Numbered from the stretch's first letter, positions 26,996-37,675 are shown. The stretch is 64,000 nucleotides of DNA from an uncultured virus (IMG/VR IMGVR_UViG_3300012041_000001) (IMGVR_UViG_3300012041_000001); one strand, 5' to 3'. The notes: generated by a model from the sequence alone, not told the origin. Program-made: numbers and translations.

Positions 26996-27727
26996 TTAGA
27001 AGGGTGCATCTATATGCAACCACGAGACTGTTTCTTCGTCTTTATCCAAAATATGTCTGTTCAACCATTCAAAACAGCCTTCTGTATCCCATTGGCCACC
27101 AGTGTAAGCAGCACTTGCAGGATGTTTGGCAGTGAATGTTGGGTTAGTAAGACATACTAAAGGCTCAAGGTGTCCTGCTTCTTTTCCTAAGAAAAGTACA
27201 GGCACTCCTGTTGGTCCAATGACCTCTTTAAGCAGGAATGTGGTGAATGGATGCCAAATAGCCATATGACTACCTGCTTTATCCTTTTCGACAGTGAGTG
27301 CTGTGTTTAGTAACATTACTCCCTGTTGGCTCAAATAACTTAAATCATCAATGTCTATATAATTTAAGTTTAATCCATTGAATAGCTCTCTCTCAATTCC
27401 TCCATAGAATTTCAAAAGAGTAGGTTGTGCTTTACCTGTAATTCTACAGTCCATTGCTACTCCTGAAGCAACTGGTGCTCCATTAACAAATTTAAAATAT
27501 GGGTCCTGACATACTATAACACACTTGAGTTCTCTGAAATCTGTTTCAGCAAATGCTCTATATGTGTTCATTGATGCAGGAGCTACCTTCTTACCTGCTT
27601 GAGTCTGTCCTCTGAGATAGGCATATATAGGATCAAATCCCCCTTCATCAAAGAAGGGTTTAATCTTATCTGCCCAAGTCCCAAATAGGGGCTCAAACTT
27701 TTTCCATTCAAGTTTTGTCTTGCTCAT
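26996..27727 (-). CDS. ung: Uracil-DNA glycosylase (family 1)
   Basis: CQDPY, QGVMLLNTALTV, GSH...W and HPAS motifs. Confidence 0.95.
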   Translation of the reverse strand: MSKTKLEWKKFEPLFGTWADKIKPFFDEGGFDPIYAYLRGQTQAGKKVAPASMNTYRAFAETDFRELKCVIVCQDPYFKFVNGAPVASGVAMDCRITGKAQPTLLKFYGGIERELFNGLNLNYIDIDDLSYLSQQGVMLLNTALTVEKDKAGSHMAIWHPFTTFLLKEVIGPTGVPVLFLGKEAGHLEPLVCLTNPTFTAKHPASAAYTGGQWDTEGCFEWLNRHILDKDEETVSWLHIDAPF

Positions 27728-27890
27728 CTTTTAATAATGATTCTAAATCTAAAACGACTGTCTTATAGACATTCTTTTTAGCAATTAATCTTGTTTTACC
27801 TATCTCAGTATTGCTTACTAATATCATTTCACTAAGACTTTTGATTCTTCTTTTATAGGCTGCTATGAGATCTTCTATATCTTCTTTCAT
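27708..27890 (-). CDS. Hypothetical protein
   Basis: 60-aa ORF filling the gap between primase and ung. Confidence 0.55.
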   Translation of the reverse strand: MKEDIEDLIAAYKRRIKSLSEMILVSNTEIGKTRLIAKKNVYKTVVLDLESLLKDEQDKT

Positions 27891-28897
27891 AATAGTCCTT
27901 TTTCTTTAAAAATTCTTTCTAATGTAGTCATGCCTTTCTGTCTTGCCAGTTCTGCCCAATCCTTAATATCATCCTTAAGATACTCTCTTGGGACATTGAT
28001 ATAATCAAATCCAAGCAGGGATGTAATCTGTTGAGAACTGGTTACTCCTGCAATATCACTATCAAAGGATAGAATTTGTCTATTAGAATTCTCTCTTAAA
28101 AATTCAACATTCTCTTTTGTGAAACATCCAATACTCTCGCTCTGAATTGCACAGGTGCTTTGTATGAGCTTTTTTACCACCATATAGTCTTTCTTACTCT
28201 TATTGATAAAAACGAAGCTATTAGGGTTTAAATTTAGTTTTCCCTCTATAGTGGAAAAAGGAACATTACTTGGTGTCCATTTTCTTCTTCTGTCTTTAAC
28301 ATGTGGTCTGTAGATTTTCCAATGTCCATCATAATAATAGCCAAATCTTAAATCACTATCATTTAATTGGAATAACTGTTTATTCATAAACACTTTCTTT
28401 ACAGAGAAAACATTGTTCTCTCTCAAGTCATCTATGTTCTGATGAAATTCATTCCAATAAGCTAATTCTTCTTTAGTGAATGGTCTTGTTATTACCTGGA
28501 TATGTGAGTATCTCTTCCCAAGTTCTTCTGGCTGTTCATATTCACTTTTGATGAATTTATAAGCAGCTGTGTTCGTTTGATCCCCTGACAGCCCCAATCC
28601 AAAATCTTTATCAATTCTTTTTAACACTTCATTGATATCCTTAAGTCCCTCTATCATTTTTACGAAAGTGAAACAGTCTCCTCTTCTGAGATTGTCTGCA
28701 AAATCTACAAATAATAGGTTGCCAGATCTATTTCCTATCATAAATGAAGGATGTGTATCTGTTCTAAAAGGTGAATGAAATGCTTGATTGACTTTCCAGT
28801 TCTTTTCAGGACAATAGAACCTGAATATATCGTATGGTGTAAGTCTTTGGAATATGGTTTCAGGAGTAAGTTCTATTTTTTTAGCTCCTCCTATCAT
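27887..28897 (-). CDS. DNA primase (DnaG/TOPRIM type, Cys-less ZBD-like N-terminus)
   Basis: SPFRTDTHPSF, GDCFTFV, KIYRP, KSKKD, SFDSD and KDWAE. Located in the replication module. Confidence 0.85.
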   Translation of the reverse strand: MIGGAKKIELTPETIFQRLTPYDIFRFYCPEKNWKVNQAFHSPFRTDTHPSFMIGNRSGNLLFVDFADNLRRGDCFTFVKMIEGLKDINEVLKRIDKDFGLGLSGDQTNTAAYKFIKSEYEQPEELGKRYSHIQVITRPFTKEELAYWNEFHQNIDDLRENNVFSVKKVFMNKQLFQLNDSDLRFGYYYDGHWKIYRPHVKDRRRKWTPSNVPFSTIEGKLNLNPNSFVFINKSKKDYMVVKKLIQSTCAIQSESIGCFTKENVEFLRENSNRQILSFDSDIAGVTSSQQITSLLGFDYINVPREYLKDDIKDWAELARQKGMTTLERIFKEKGLL

Positions 28898-28908
28898 TAT
28901 AGAAAAAT

Positions 28909-28936
28909 AAAAAGCCCCTGTTTTACGAGGGGCTTT
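28909..28936 (-). terminator. Intrinsic terminator after the putative SSB gene
   Basis: AAAGCCCCT/AGGGGCTTT stem followed by a T-run on the - strand. Confidence 0.75.
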
Positions 28937-28942
28937 GATTAT

Positions 28943-29818
28943 TTAATAATCAGATCCCCCATCAGTTAAAGGAGCATCTGTAGCCACTGGATTGTCTGCT
29001 GGATCATACTCTTTCAAATCTTTGAATTTGTAATAATCTTTACAGCCATACTCTCCAATCACTTTTAACACAAATCTTTCATAAGGTTTTAAATCTTTTG
29101 AAGGTTTGGTTTTCAAAGCTTCTTGTACTTCTTCGTTATCAAAGTCGATAACTCTGAAATGTTTGAATGTATAAACAGGGAAAAATCCTCTGTTAAACAC
29201 TCCTTGGTACTCTTTGGACTCTCCTTCCACATCTTTTACGATGATAGTAGATAAACATCCAACTTCGCCTGCCCATTCTCCATTCACTTGCTCTCTAAGC
29301 TCTTTCACATCACCTTTCATCAGTTTTTTCCAATTCAAAGCTAATGTGGTTTCTGCTTCACGATAGTCAAGCTTGTTTAACCAGGCTCTCATGAATTCAA
29401 ACAAATCTTCCTCTCCTGAGTAAGCTGTTCTATAATCACGTTTCACGAACCAATCAGGCAAATCGCTTTCGTTTTCTGCCCAAGCACAATTACCAATACT
29501 ATTGATATATTGTGTTTTGGTTTCATCTTTGTTCAATCTAACCTTATCTTCTAAGAAGAAGGTCACCTTCACTGGTTTGTCTTTTTCACCATCTGCATTT
29601 TTCTTTACATTCTGTAGCCAGAAGTCAACACGTAAGATTGTGTTTCCTTCTCTTTCACCTAAATACTCAGCAGCTTTGCTGTCTTCTTTTAACTCCATCC
29701 CAAGAATCTCTCTGTATTCTTTTTCTGTTGGATTAACAACTAACACTGTAGCTGCAAATAGGCCTACTTTTTTTACAAACTCGCCTGATTCTCTTTTTTT
29801 ACCTCCAATTGAACTCAT
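28943..29818 (-). CDS. Putative single-stranded DNA-binding protein
   Basis: Lies between the AAA ATPase and primase, is beta-rich and has an acidic C-terminal tail ending in an aromatic residue (DGGSDY). Confidence 0.55.
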   Translation of the reverse strand: MSSIGGKKRESGEFVKKVGLFAATVLVVNPTEKEYREILGMELKEDSKAAEYLGEREGNTILRVDFWLQNVKKNADGEKDKPVKVTFFLEDKVRLNKDETKTQYINSIGNCAWAENESDLPDWFVKRDYRTAYSGEEDLFEFMRAWLNKLDYREAETTLALNWKKLMKGDVKELREQVNGEWAGEVGCLSTIIVKDVEGESKEYQGVFNRGFFPVYTFKHFRVIDFDNEEVQEALKTKPSKDLKPYERFVLKVIGEYGCKDYYKFKDLKEYDPADNPVATDAPLTDGGSDY

Positions 29819-29836
29819 TTTTTCCTAATTTTTAAA

Positions 29837-30673
29837 TTATTTGTAAATATCATCCCAAAAGGTAGTCGTATTACCATCTGGATCTTGGTCTGAAATTAAG
29901 ACACGACCTTTTAATTGTGGAGCTCTGCTACCAGCAACGATGCTATCATTCAATACATCAAAATTGAGGTATCTCTTTTTCTCATCAGCAACCAGTTTAG
30001 CCAAAGCTGTAACTTTTGAAGCAAAGATTCGCTTCAATTGCCCTGTTAATGCTATTTCACTGCCTATCACATCCTCTTTTCCATTATCCTTAATGTACTT
30101 ATCAGTAATGTGAGCAGCATAGATTCTATAGGGACTTATCTGTCTGAAGAAATCAATCTGTTGCATGAACCACATTCTGGTGTGGTAATAACCACCTCCA
30201 TCAGGTAAGCTTAGCACACTCTTGAATTCTGGATCTGTAGGTTCATACTTCTTACCTGTTTCTGTACCTCCTGCTCTATTGAATTTTTTACCAACTATGG
30301 TATTCATATACGCAAGAGTGCCTCCCAATTCAGATAAATCATCTAAATCAGAAAGTCCATCGATAATAAGGAATTCGTATTTACCTTTTTGCTCAAGCAG
30401 AGCATTTCTAAACTTGATATAGTTTAGGAAACTCTCATAGCGAGAGGTCTGGTCATTTGTGTACGTTGATAGTTTTCTGGCAGGTATGTACTCATAGCCT
30501 CCCTTTTCTAAATCTAGTACAATTGCATTTTTTTGTGTAGTCAGTGATCCTAAAATTGTTCCTTTGCCCATCTTTGGAATACTGACGATCACAAGGTCTT
30601 TTGGCGAGCTTTGTGTTACAGGTGTGATGTCCTCTGGTAATTCTATTCCTTCTTTTGTTTTTGTGTTTTCCAT
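29837..30673 (-). CDS. AAA_24 / Sak4-like P-loop ATPase
   Basis: SIPKMGKGT Walker A variant, LDLEKG, IIDGLS and AH motifs. Confidence 0.75.
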   Translation of the reverse strand: MENTKTKEGIELPEDITPVTQSSPKDLVIVSIPKMGKGTILGSLTTQKNAIVLDLEKGGYEYIPARKLSTYTNDQTSRYESFLNYIKFRNALLEQKGKYEFLIIDGLSDLDDLSELGGTLAYMNTIVGKKFNRAGGTETGKKYEPTDPEFKSVLSLPDGGGYYHTRMWFMQQIDFFRQISPYRIYAAHITDKYIKDNGKEDVIGSEIALTGQLKRIFASKVTALAKLVADEKKRYLNFDVLNDSIVAGSRAPQLKGRVLISDQDPDGNTTTFWDDIYK

Positions 30674-30750
30674 TTTTACTTATTATTATTTGCTACTAAT
30701 TTACACATGTCTTCAGTTAATGGGTCAAAAGTTGAGGTTCTCATTGTAAA

Positions 30751-31065
30751 TTATAGAAAGTTTTTTCTAAACTCTTTTACAGTTGTTATATTAACTTCCT
30801 CTCCATCTTTTAAAGCTTCCCAAGCCTTTCTTGTCATAATGAGATCTGCTGTGTGGTCATTACCAATTCCTATATTAATACTTACAGTATCTACAAAGAA
30901 TTCTGTTTTAAATCCAGCTTTGTTTACTGCAACACAAGCTTTAGGACTGATTTTAATCTCTTTACCTAAATTATCAAACTTAAGTATAATTTGATCATAA
31001 GTTCTTGTTGCAGTTGGAGAATCCTGGTTAACCATTTTTACTCCAATTTCTTCACCTTTTTTCAT
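30751..31065 (-). CDS. Hypothetical protein
   Basis: 104-aa ORF with a TATATTTG -7 element at 31096-31103 on the - strand. Confidence 0.65.
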   Translation of the reverse strand: MKKGEEIGVKMVNQDSPTATRTYDQIILKFDNLGKEIKISPKACVAVNKAGFKTEFFVDTVSINIGIGNDHTADLIMTRKAWEALKDGEEVNITTVKEFRKNFL

Positions 31066-31178
31066 AATTTTGTTCTATTTTTATAATTATAGAAACAAAT
31101 ATACAAAAATTGATTTAAACTTACAAATTTTAACTTGTTTTTATCATTTGGTTTCTAACGTAGTTAATTATTTTTGGA

Positions 31179-32279
31179 CTATAAAGATACATCTTTTTCT
31201 CGATTCAACCAAACAATTCTCTCACCATTTATGTTCGCAAGTGCTGATTTTAGCCACTCTAGCTGAAATTTCTTATTAGTTGTAAAGATATGAATATCAG
31301 AGTGATCAGTGTCTAATAACAGGCTTCTTCCTAACATTTGTTCAAGATTTTCACTGTTAGAATTAATTGAAGTGATTAGAATGTTATCCAGGTTTGGATA
31401 TGTTACACCTGCAGATCCCTTCTTAATTAAACAAAGTTGATTAATTTCTCCTTTGATAAAAGACTGCAGTACACTGTCATCTTTACTCTTGCTGTTGAAC
31501 ATTGGAATTTTGAATTTCTTTCCAGTTTCTTCATTCTCTGTAAAGATTATGAATCTCTTGTTAGGATTACTTATTATCCAACTTACAACAGTAGAGATCA
31601 AAGAACCATTAGAGTTTATGAATCTCATTCTGGCTAAAGCAGCCAACATCTTCTTGTTTCCATGTAATCTTTCTACATTTTTGTTGAGACGCATCAATTC
31701 TCCCACATCTGTATTCCACCATCTTCTAAGCTTACCACCAAATTGTCTTCTTGTCACTGGATCTAACGTGTATTCATGCACGTATACTGTGTAATCACTA
31801 ATAAGACCATCTTCAATCGCTTGCTCTGTTGTATAGTTTACAATCATTGGTAAACTCGTATGGATCCTGAGATCTGCAAGAGTTGTTTTATTATATGTAC
31901 CAGATGCGAATATCACATGTTCATAATCCTTAGCCATTTGTCCAGCTATAGGTAGTTTGTGCTCTTCAGGAATAAGATGAGCCTCATCAAAGACAACATA
32001 ATCCCAATCTCCATCCTTAACCTTTTCCATACTAACAAAAGTACAATAGGTAATTTGCATAGGACACCCAATCTTAATACATTCATCTTCCCAAGAGTTC
32101 TTTATATCAATATTTGGATAAAGTACCAATACTTTTGGGTTGTCTATTTTTGAATGTGCCTTTATAGCAGTAATCAGTATTCTAGTCTTCCCAGATCTAA
32201 CACTTGATAACACTATTCCTCTAAAATCTGCATTAACTATCTCATAGAGGATTCTTCTCTGTATTTGGTCTTTTGTCAT
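31179..32279 (-). CDS. Superfamily 2 DEAH helicase (UvsW/ResIII-like)
   Basis: RSGKT, FDEAH, SGT and QMLGR motifs. Confidence 0.9.
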   Translation of the reverse strand: MTKDQIQRRILYEIVNADFRGIVLSSVRSGKTRILITAIKAHSKIDNPKVLVLYPNIDIKNSWEDECIKIGCPMQITYCTFVSMEKVKDGDWDYVVFDEAHLIPEEHKLPIAGQMAKDYEHVIFASGTYNKTTLADLRIHTSLPMIVNYTTEQAIEDGLISDYTVYVHEYTLDPVTRRQFGGKLRRWWNTDVGELMRLNKNVERLHGNKKMLAALARMRFINSNGSLISTVVSWIISNPNKRFIIFTENEETGKKFKIPMFNSKSKDDSVLQSFIKGEINQLCLIKKGSAGVTYPNLDNILITSINSNSENLEQMLGRSLLLDTDHSDIHIFTTNKKFQLEWLKSALANINGERIVWLNREKDVSL

Positions 32280-33337
32280 CTTATAAAAAATGATTTATCA
32301 ATCACAGAAGCATAATCTGTATCTGTAATATCCTTTTTCTTAGGAAGCTCCTTGAACATCCCAATTTCACCATGAAATGCCAATCCTATTCTAATATCAT
32401 CACTACCATAACTATTTTTTATTATCCTTAAGCTCCTAAAGAACTTGGATCCTGTGCTATCCACAAGCTTGGCAGTATCATATCCAGATGGGTCTGGCAC
32501 CTTATATCTCACTGGGTCAAAGAGTGCCATAACTACATCAGCATCATTCTGCGTTTGTGAGCTATCAGCAAAATCTTCCAGTTGAGGTTCAACATCTCCA
32601 TTCTTAATTCTATTAATATTGGAGATGTCTCTATTAAATTGACTCACAACCACTGGGCTAAACCCATAGAAATCCCTGGCATATCTAAGCTCATCAGACA
32701 TCTTGTCTATACGATCTTTTTTATTTGGAAAATCCTTGGTTGCTTTCAACAAACCAATATGGTCAACAACAATCAGAGTGATAGTATTCTCATCATCAGG
32801 TACATACCTTTTGTTGTACTGATCAATCTGTTCTATGTGACCATTCTCTAAAGCATATTCTTTGATATCCTTGGCAATACCTATTGGGTTTTCTGAACCA
32901 TCAATAATAGTAACAATCTCTTCTACTTGTTTGATATAATCTTCATAAGAAAGGAACAATTCATATTCCTCAGGACTCATTCTATCGTTCCAGCCCAAAA
33001 GCTTTGCTACAGGTATACTATATCCTGTGTCAAGAAATATCTTTCTTGCCACCCATTTAGCTAACTTGTACGTTCTGCTTCTTTCCATTGAACGATAAAT
33101 GATTTTGAGTTTTATGTTTGATTTACCTTTCTGTGAAATATACCAATCAACAGGGTTGAGTATGAATGCATCATCCACAAAGGAAGTCTTTCCTGAACCA
33201 GTCAGACCTCCAATGAGATAATACATGCTTTTTCTTATTCCTATATAATGATTGAGTCTGTTGAAACCCATTGGTATCCCACCATTTCTACCTTCTATGC
33301 CTTTTATTACTTCAGTCTTTAAGTCTTGAAAACTCAT
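32276..33337 (-). CDS. dnaB: DnaB-like replicative helicase
   Basis: GGLTGSGKTS, SME, VVDHIGL, SQFNR, QNDAD and IKN motifs. Confidence 0.9.
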   Translation of the reverse strand: MSFQDLKTEVIKGIEGRNGGIPMGFNRLNHYIGIRKSMYYLIGGLTGSGKTSFVDDAFILNPVDWYISQKGKSNIKLKIIYRSMERSRTYKLAKWVARKIFLDTGYSIPVAKLLGWNDRMSPEEYELFLSYEDYIKQVEEIVTIIDGSENPIGIAKDIKEYALENGHIEQIDQYNKRYVPDDENTITLIVVDHIGLLKATKDFPNKKDRIDKMSDELRYARDFYGFSPVVVSQFNRDISNINRIKNGDVEPQLEDFADSSQTQNDADVVMALFDPVRYKVPDPSGYDTAKLVDSTGSKFFRSLRIIKNSYGSDDIRIGLAFHGEIGMFKELPKKKDITDTDYASVIDKSFFIR

Positions 33338-33954
33338 ATATCTGTTCCCCCTCCTGATGCACTGCTTGTATAAGGTACACCTTTTTCTATCATATCTATG
33401 AAAGGCACATAATGCCCATCATTTATGAATGTATAACTGTTCTGAAGATATGTGAGCTCATTGGATTTCTTCCTTAAAGAAGATTCCTTTTTAAGAGTCA
33501 CAACATAGTTTAATGCGTCAATCAATTGTCTTGCAGTATATACTCCTTCATTTAGAATAGCATTGAATTTCAATTTACACTTTTCTTTTTGAACTCGCAT
33601 TCCCCTGCTTCCTGTAAAGACTCTTCCTTTATACTCAAAGTGGTCTGTACCTGGGAAAGATTCCCACCATTCATCAAAGTCTTTAGTGGAAAGTTTCTTT
33701 CTCACCATAGGAACAGCAATCTTGCTTGCCATGAACTCTAACAACTCATTCCCGGGAATTGTTATCTTGTTCTCATCAGTAAGCAAACCTTTTCTAACCA
33801 AGCTCTGATGCATAGCGTCAAGCTTCATGTTGTCTGTAATAAAGAGGTTTATATCGTGGCCCTCTTTAACAAGCATCAGTAGGAATACATGGTCAAGGTT
33901 GTAACCTTTTTTTACCAATTCCAGAAAATGCTCTTTTGTTAGTTTTATTTGCAT
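33334..33954 (-). CDS. Putative replication initiator / helicase loader
   Basis: Winged-helix-like N-terminus, FDEWWESFP and YLQNSYTFIN. Immediately upstream of DnaB. Confidence 0.5.
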   Translation of the reverse strand: MQIKLTKEHFLELVKKGYNLDHVFLLMLVKEGHDINLFITDNMKLDAMHQSLVRKGLLTDENKITIPGNELLEFMASKIAVPMVRKKLSTKDFDEWWESFPGTDHFEYKGRVFTGSRGMRVQKEKCKLKFNAILNEGVYTARQLIDALNYVVTLKKESSLRKKSNELTYLQNSYTFINDGHYVPFIDMIEKGVPYTSSASGGGTDI

Positions 33955-34092
33955 TTTTTTTAGTTTTAACTATTATTTTAGCTGGCTGTCTTTCCTCTTC
34001 ATAACGAGGGTCTAACATACTCATAAGATGTCTGTCTGATTCCAGCTCCCAATCAAATAGATCTACAAAGTTAATCGAATATTTGTCCATAA

Positions 34093-34353
34093 TTATCCTT
34101 TTATTCTTAATCCAAATGACAAATTAAACCATTCAAAAGTATGTTCAGCTTTTTTAGTATTGCATTTGAATACTTTTTTTATTAATTTAATAGTATACTT
34201 CTTGAACTCAAGATGTTGAGCAAGTGTCATAGTATTATTAAAATACCATTCTTCGTCGTCCAATGTATCTAGCATTGTCTTACCTACCATTTCTAACTCC
34301 TTCTCTATTAAGTGACGAGTTATAGTTTCTCTATTGATCTTAACTGGTTCCAT
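34093..34353 (-). CDS. Hypothetical protein
   Basis: 86-aa ORF in the operon. Confidence 0.6.
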   Translation of the reverse strand: MEPVKINRETITRHLIEKELEMVGKTMLDTLDDEEWYFNNTMTLAQHLEFKKYTIKLIKKVFKCNTKKAEHTFEWFNLSFGLRIKG

Positions 34354-34682
34354 ATATATCCAATTTGTTTATACCAGGGTTTACTTACTTGAATCATCTT
34401 TTGAATGAATAGTTTTCTTTGTTTCCATTCTCCTCTAGGCCACCAATACATTGAGTCTTCCTCATCACCTAAATAATCCTTATCTGCAATGAATTCAATA
34501 TGTCTCCATTGTGTAGGTTTGTTTTTAGATAGGTGTTTTCTCAAGGCTAATTCTTCCTTAAAAGTTATGATATCATCATCATACATCTCTTGAAATAAAT
34601 GACAGAAACCATAATATTTCCCATCAGGAACATCTTGTATATATTCATATACAATTTTGTAAAGTTCAGTTAATTTTCTCAT
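34320..34682 (-). CDS. Hypothetical protein
   Basis: 120-aa ORF in the operon. Confidence 0.6.
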   Translation of the reverse strand: MRKLTELYKIVYEYIQDVPDGKYYGFCHLFQEMYDDDIITFKEELALRKHLSKNKPTQWRHIEFIADKDYLGDEEDSMYWWPRGEWKQRKLFIQKMIQVSKPWYKQIGYIWNQLRSIEKL

Positions 34683-34686
34683 AGCG

Positions 34687-36690
34687 TTATTTAGCTTCTC
34701 CCCAACTGTTTCCTATGTTGGCATCAGCTTTAATTGTTAAGTTAGTTAAATAGTGATTTCCTGCTTGTAGCATTGCTACTTCTACTGCATTTCTAGCTTG
34801 TTCTTCAAAACCTTCTATAACTTCAACGACTAATTCATCATGAACAGAATTACAAATTTTTACTATCCATTGAAGTTCGTTATCAACAATCCATTCAAAT
34901 AATAGTGCTCCTGCCAACTTAATTTGGTGGGCGCCCCTAGTTTGAACTGGATTGTTGAGGCAGAGTCTGAGGTATTCTGAGCGCAGTTTGAAGTACTTAG
35001 AGACGAATTTCTTCTTTTCCTTGTAAAGTTCAACGCTTGCTGGAAATTGTAACTCATATTTGTTACCCTTCTCTTTCTCCTCCTGTAGTTTTTTATAATC
35101 ATTTTTGCCAATTTTATACTTAGTCCACTCATCCCTTGTGATTGCATCTGTTTTTGCTTTAGCGTCTAAAAATTCATCATAATAAGGAAGCTTAAGCCTC
35201 CAACCATCAACTGACTCAATATAGCCAACTTTAATAGCTTTGTTCAGTACTTTTTCTCCCCAGGTATACATACCTGCATGTAAATTCTTGAAAGCATCTT
35301 CAATTTCTTGTGCTCTCTTCATAGGAATACCCTCTTTCTGGTGTATGGTAAAAGCATTACCTCCATATTGGAAGGCAAATCTTGGTGATTTAGCAGCCTG
35401 TCTTTTATCCTTATACTCTTTCTTGATGGTTTCATCATCAAAATTTTCAAGTTCAGGAAATAACACTCTTGCAAAAGCACAATGCAAATCACTGTCTTCT
35501 GTAACAGCCAGAGTCATAGCTTCATCTCCTGATAAATCAGCAGCAATAACAGTTTCCTGTCCACTATAATCACAAACTATCATTACGTGGCCTGGGTTGG
35601 CCACAAAGCAATCTCTTGTTTCATGGTCCTTAGGAAAATTTAGAAAATTTATGTGTCCCTGTCTGGTAGATAGTCTTGCTGTATCAACCATTGGGTTGAA
35701 ATTGGTATAAATACGCTCATCTTCAATCTTCTGATATACACCATCTCCAAATGTAGTGACACGATGTGTAGCATTTTGATATTTAAGCCACATTTCTACA
35801 AATTCATGTTTTGATTTGCTTATAACATCAGCATTAATACTGTCCTTATCATACTTATCCTTGGTAGGAATACCAAAAGCATTGAATACTTTCAGCATTT
35901 GCTTTGGAGAAGTAACCTCAACAGTAATTCTCTTGATATCATCAAACATATCATACTGTCTATTGGCAAATTGTGGAAGATTATCATAAATATAGTCCTC
36001 AATTGTTCTTTTCCATTCAAAAGAATCAATTATATCCTGATTCATTTTGGCTTTCCAATGTTTGCTTGAGATAGGAAGACCACACTGCTCCATGTAGGCC
36101 AACGCTTTCACATATCTGCAATGTAGCATATAGGTAGCAGTCTGACCATTCTCTCTGATTTTCTGATACATAGCCTCTTCTAATTCAAGAAGTCTGTCTA
36201 CATCATTGAATGAATAATCTATTGTGCTCTGTTGTGAAAGTTTTACTATATGAATATTCTTTTGCTCTGTCTTATCGTAAACAACTCCAAGCTCTCTAAA
36301 CATTACAGCACCAAAATCATGTCTGATTGCAAGTTCTCCATTATACAGTATTTTACTTGCAAGCATTGTATCTCTTACCTCTACAGGCCAGAAATCATAC
36401 TTATAAAAGAAACCTAAATCAAATTGAATATTGTGTCCTACTAAGACTTTACCTTGTATATATGGTATAAGATCTTCAAAATAATAATTGTTATCATACA
36501 TTACTATGATATAGTTATTCTCTCCTGTTCCTATTTGCACACAAAATATTTCATTGTGTCTTGCTGTCAATCCTGTAGTTTCAGTATCTATTGCAATCTT
36601 GTTTGGAAGTATCATATCCTCAAGATTGCAATAGTTGTACTCTCCTATTTTATCAAAGAACTCAGGATGTTTTGTTATTATATAATTCAT
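34687..36690 (-). CDS. polA: DNA polymerase, family A, with 3'-5' exonuclease
   Basis: Exo motifs DTETTG, HNIQFD and YSFND; motif A CDYSGQE; motif B RQAAKSPRFAFQYG; motif C VHDE. Confidence 0.95.
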   Translation of the reverse strand: MNYIITKHPEFFDKIGEYNYCNLEDMILPNKIAIDTETTGLTARHNEIFCVQIGTGENNYIIVMYDNNYYFEDLIPYIQGKVLVGHNIQFDLGFFYKYDFWPVEVRDTMLASKILYNGELAIRHDFGAVMFRELGVVYDKTEQKNIHIVKLSQQSTIDYSFNDVDRLLELEEAMYQKIRENGQTATYMLHCRYVKALAYMEQCGLPISSKHWKAKMNQDIIDSFEWKRTIEDYIYDNLPQFANRQYDMFDDIKRITVEVTSPKQMLKVFNAFGIPTKDKYDKDSINADVISKSKHEFVEMWLKYQNATHRVTTFGDGVYQKIEDERIYTNFNPMVDTARLSTRQGHINFLNFPKDHETRDCFVANPGHVMIVCDYSGQETVIAADLSGDEAMTLAVTEDSDLHCAFARVLFPELENFDDETIKKEYKDKRQAAKSPRFAFQYGGNAFTIHQKEGIPMKRAQEIEDAFKNLHAGMYTWGEKVLNKAIKVGYIESVDGWRLKLPYYDEFLDAKAKTDAITRDEWTKYKIGKNDYKKLQEEKEKGNKYELQFPASVELYKEKKKFVSKYFKLRSEYLRLCLNNPVQTRGAHQIKLAGALLFEWIVDNELQWIVKICNSVHDELVVEVIEGFEEQARNAVEVAMLQAGNHYLTNLTIKADANIGNSWGEAK

Positions 36691-37130
36691 TCTTCATCTT
36701 CTAGTGTTTCACTATCCTCAGACAGGAAGGAAAGGATTACCTTGCCTTCAAATAAAATGACATCTCCTGTATCATCACATTCAACATCCATAAATCCATC
36801 ATCCTTGTTTAGAATATGAGTAATGTCATCATCTGTTATAGGACGTAATTCTGTATCTTCGTTCCCATCATGGAACCAACCAATTTCTTTAGGATCAGCT
36901 AAAGTATCATCTTCCTCTGAGGAGAGAATATGCACATTTACTGGAGCACCATAGAGTGACATAAACATATCCATATCATCAGGCACCTGACCTAAAGTAA
37001 AGAACAACCACTCAGGCTCAATAGTACCAACAGTGATTTGAGTTAAGAAATGCATGCCCACCATTAATCTGGCAGGCACATAACTATTAAATACAAATTC
37101 TCCTTCTACTAAATATCTTTCATCTTCCAT
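36687..37130 (-). CDS. Acidic hypothetical protein
   Basis: 147-aa Asp/Glu-rich ORF. Confidence 0.65.
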   Translation of the reverse strand: MEDERYLVEGEFVFNSYVPARLMVGMHFLTQITVGTIEPEWLFFTLGQVPDDMDMFMSLYGAPVNVHILSSEEDDTLADPKEIGWFHDGNEDTELRPITDDDITHILNKDDGFMDVECDDTGDVILFEGKVILSFLSEDSETLEDEE

Positions 37131-37393
37131 CTTTTCTAAAGAAGTCTAATTTACTTATGTCAGGAAAACTGCTTACACTGTTATCAACCACGACAGTTCT
37201 AAACTTAAACTGATGGTTATACTTTCTTTTAATCTCTGCAGCACGTCTTTTGAAAGTCGTAACAGGTTTAGGATCATAAATATAGCGATCATTTATCGCT
37301 TCCTCAGTTTCAGGCAAGGTACCACCTAATGCCTTAAACCATCTAAAAAATTGTTTAACTCTGTCCATTATCTTGTGTTTTATATACATAAAG

Positions 37394-37567
37394 TTACGAA
37401 TTTTTGCTCTTTTTATCAGGCCAATGGTATTCACATTTCTCCTCTTTCTTATCATAAGGAGGTTCTGCAAAGTAACTTTGTCTGAACTGACTTGGAGTTG
37501 CTATATATCTATAGCAGGTCTCCTTTAGGGGACAATCTGTCCCACTACACATAGTAATATCTGGCAT
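37394..37567 (-). CDS. 57-aa Cys-containing protein (not in ORF track)
   Basis: MPDITMCSGTDCPLKETCYRY...CEYHW...* with an A-rich leader. Confidence 0.7.
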   Translation of the reverse strand: MPDITMCSGTDCPLKETCYRYIATPSQFRQSYFAEPPYDKKEEKCEYHWPDKKSKNS

Positions 37568-37590
37568 AATTGATTGTTTTTAATTGTTTG

Positions 37591-37667
37591 TAGGGGTAGA
37601 AGGACTCGAACCTCCAATAGAAACCTTTACAGGATGACGTACCACATCGCCATTATACTTTACCCCT
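37591..37667 (-). tRNA. Aberrant tRNA-like element (Tyr-type CUGUAAA loop)
   Basis: Perfect acceptor stem AGGGGTA/TACCCCT and T-arm GGAGG-TTCGAGT-CCTTC. The D-loop is enlarged and only 3 bp of anticodon stem form. Confidence 0.55.
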
Positions 37668-37675
37668 TACCAGAA

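Noticed and set aside
34687..36690. Intron or intein in PolA, helicases or RecA
   Set aside because: All motifs lie in single ORFs of ordinary length with no intein termini. The nucleases appear free-standing.
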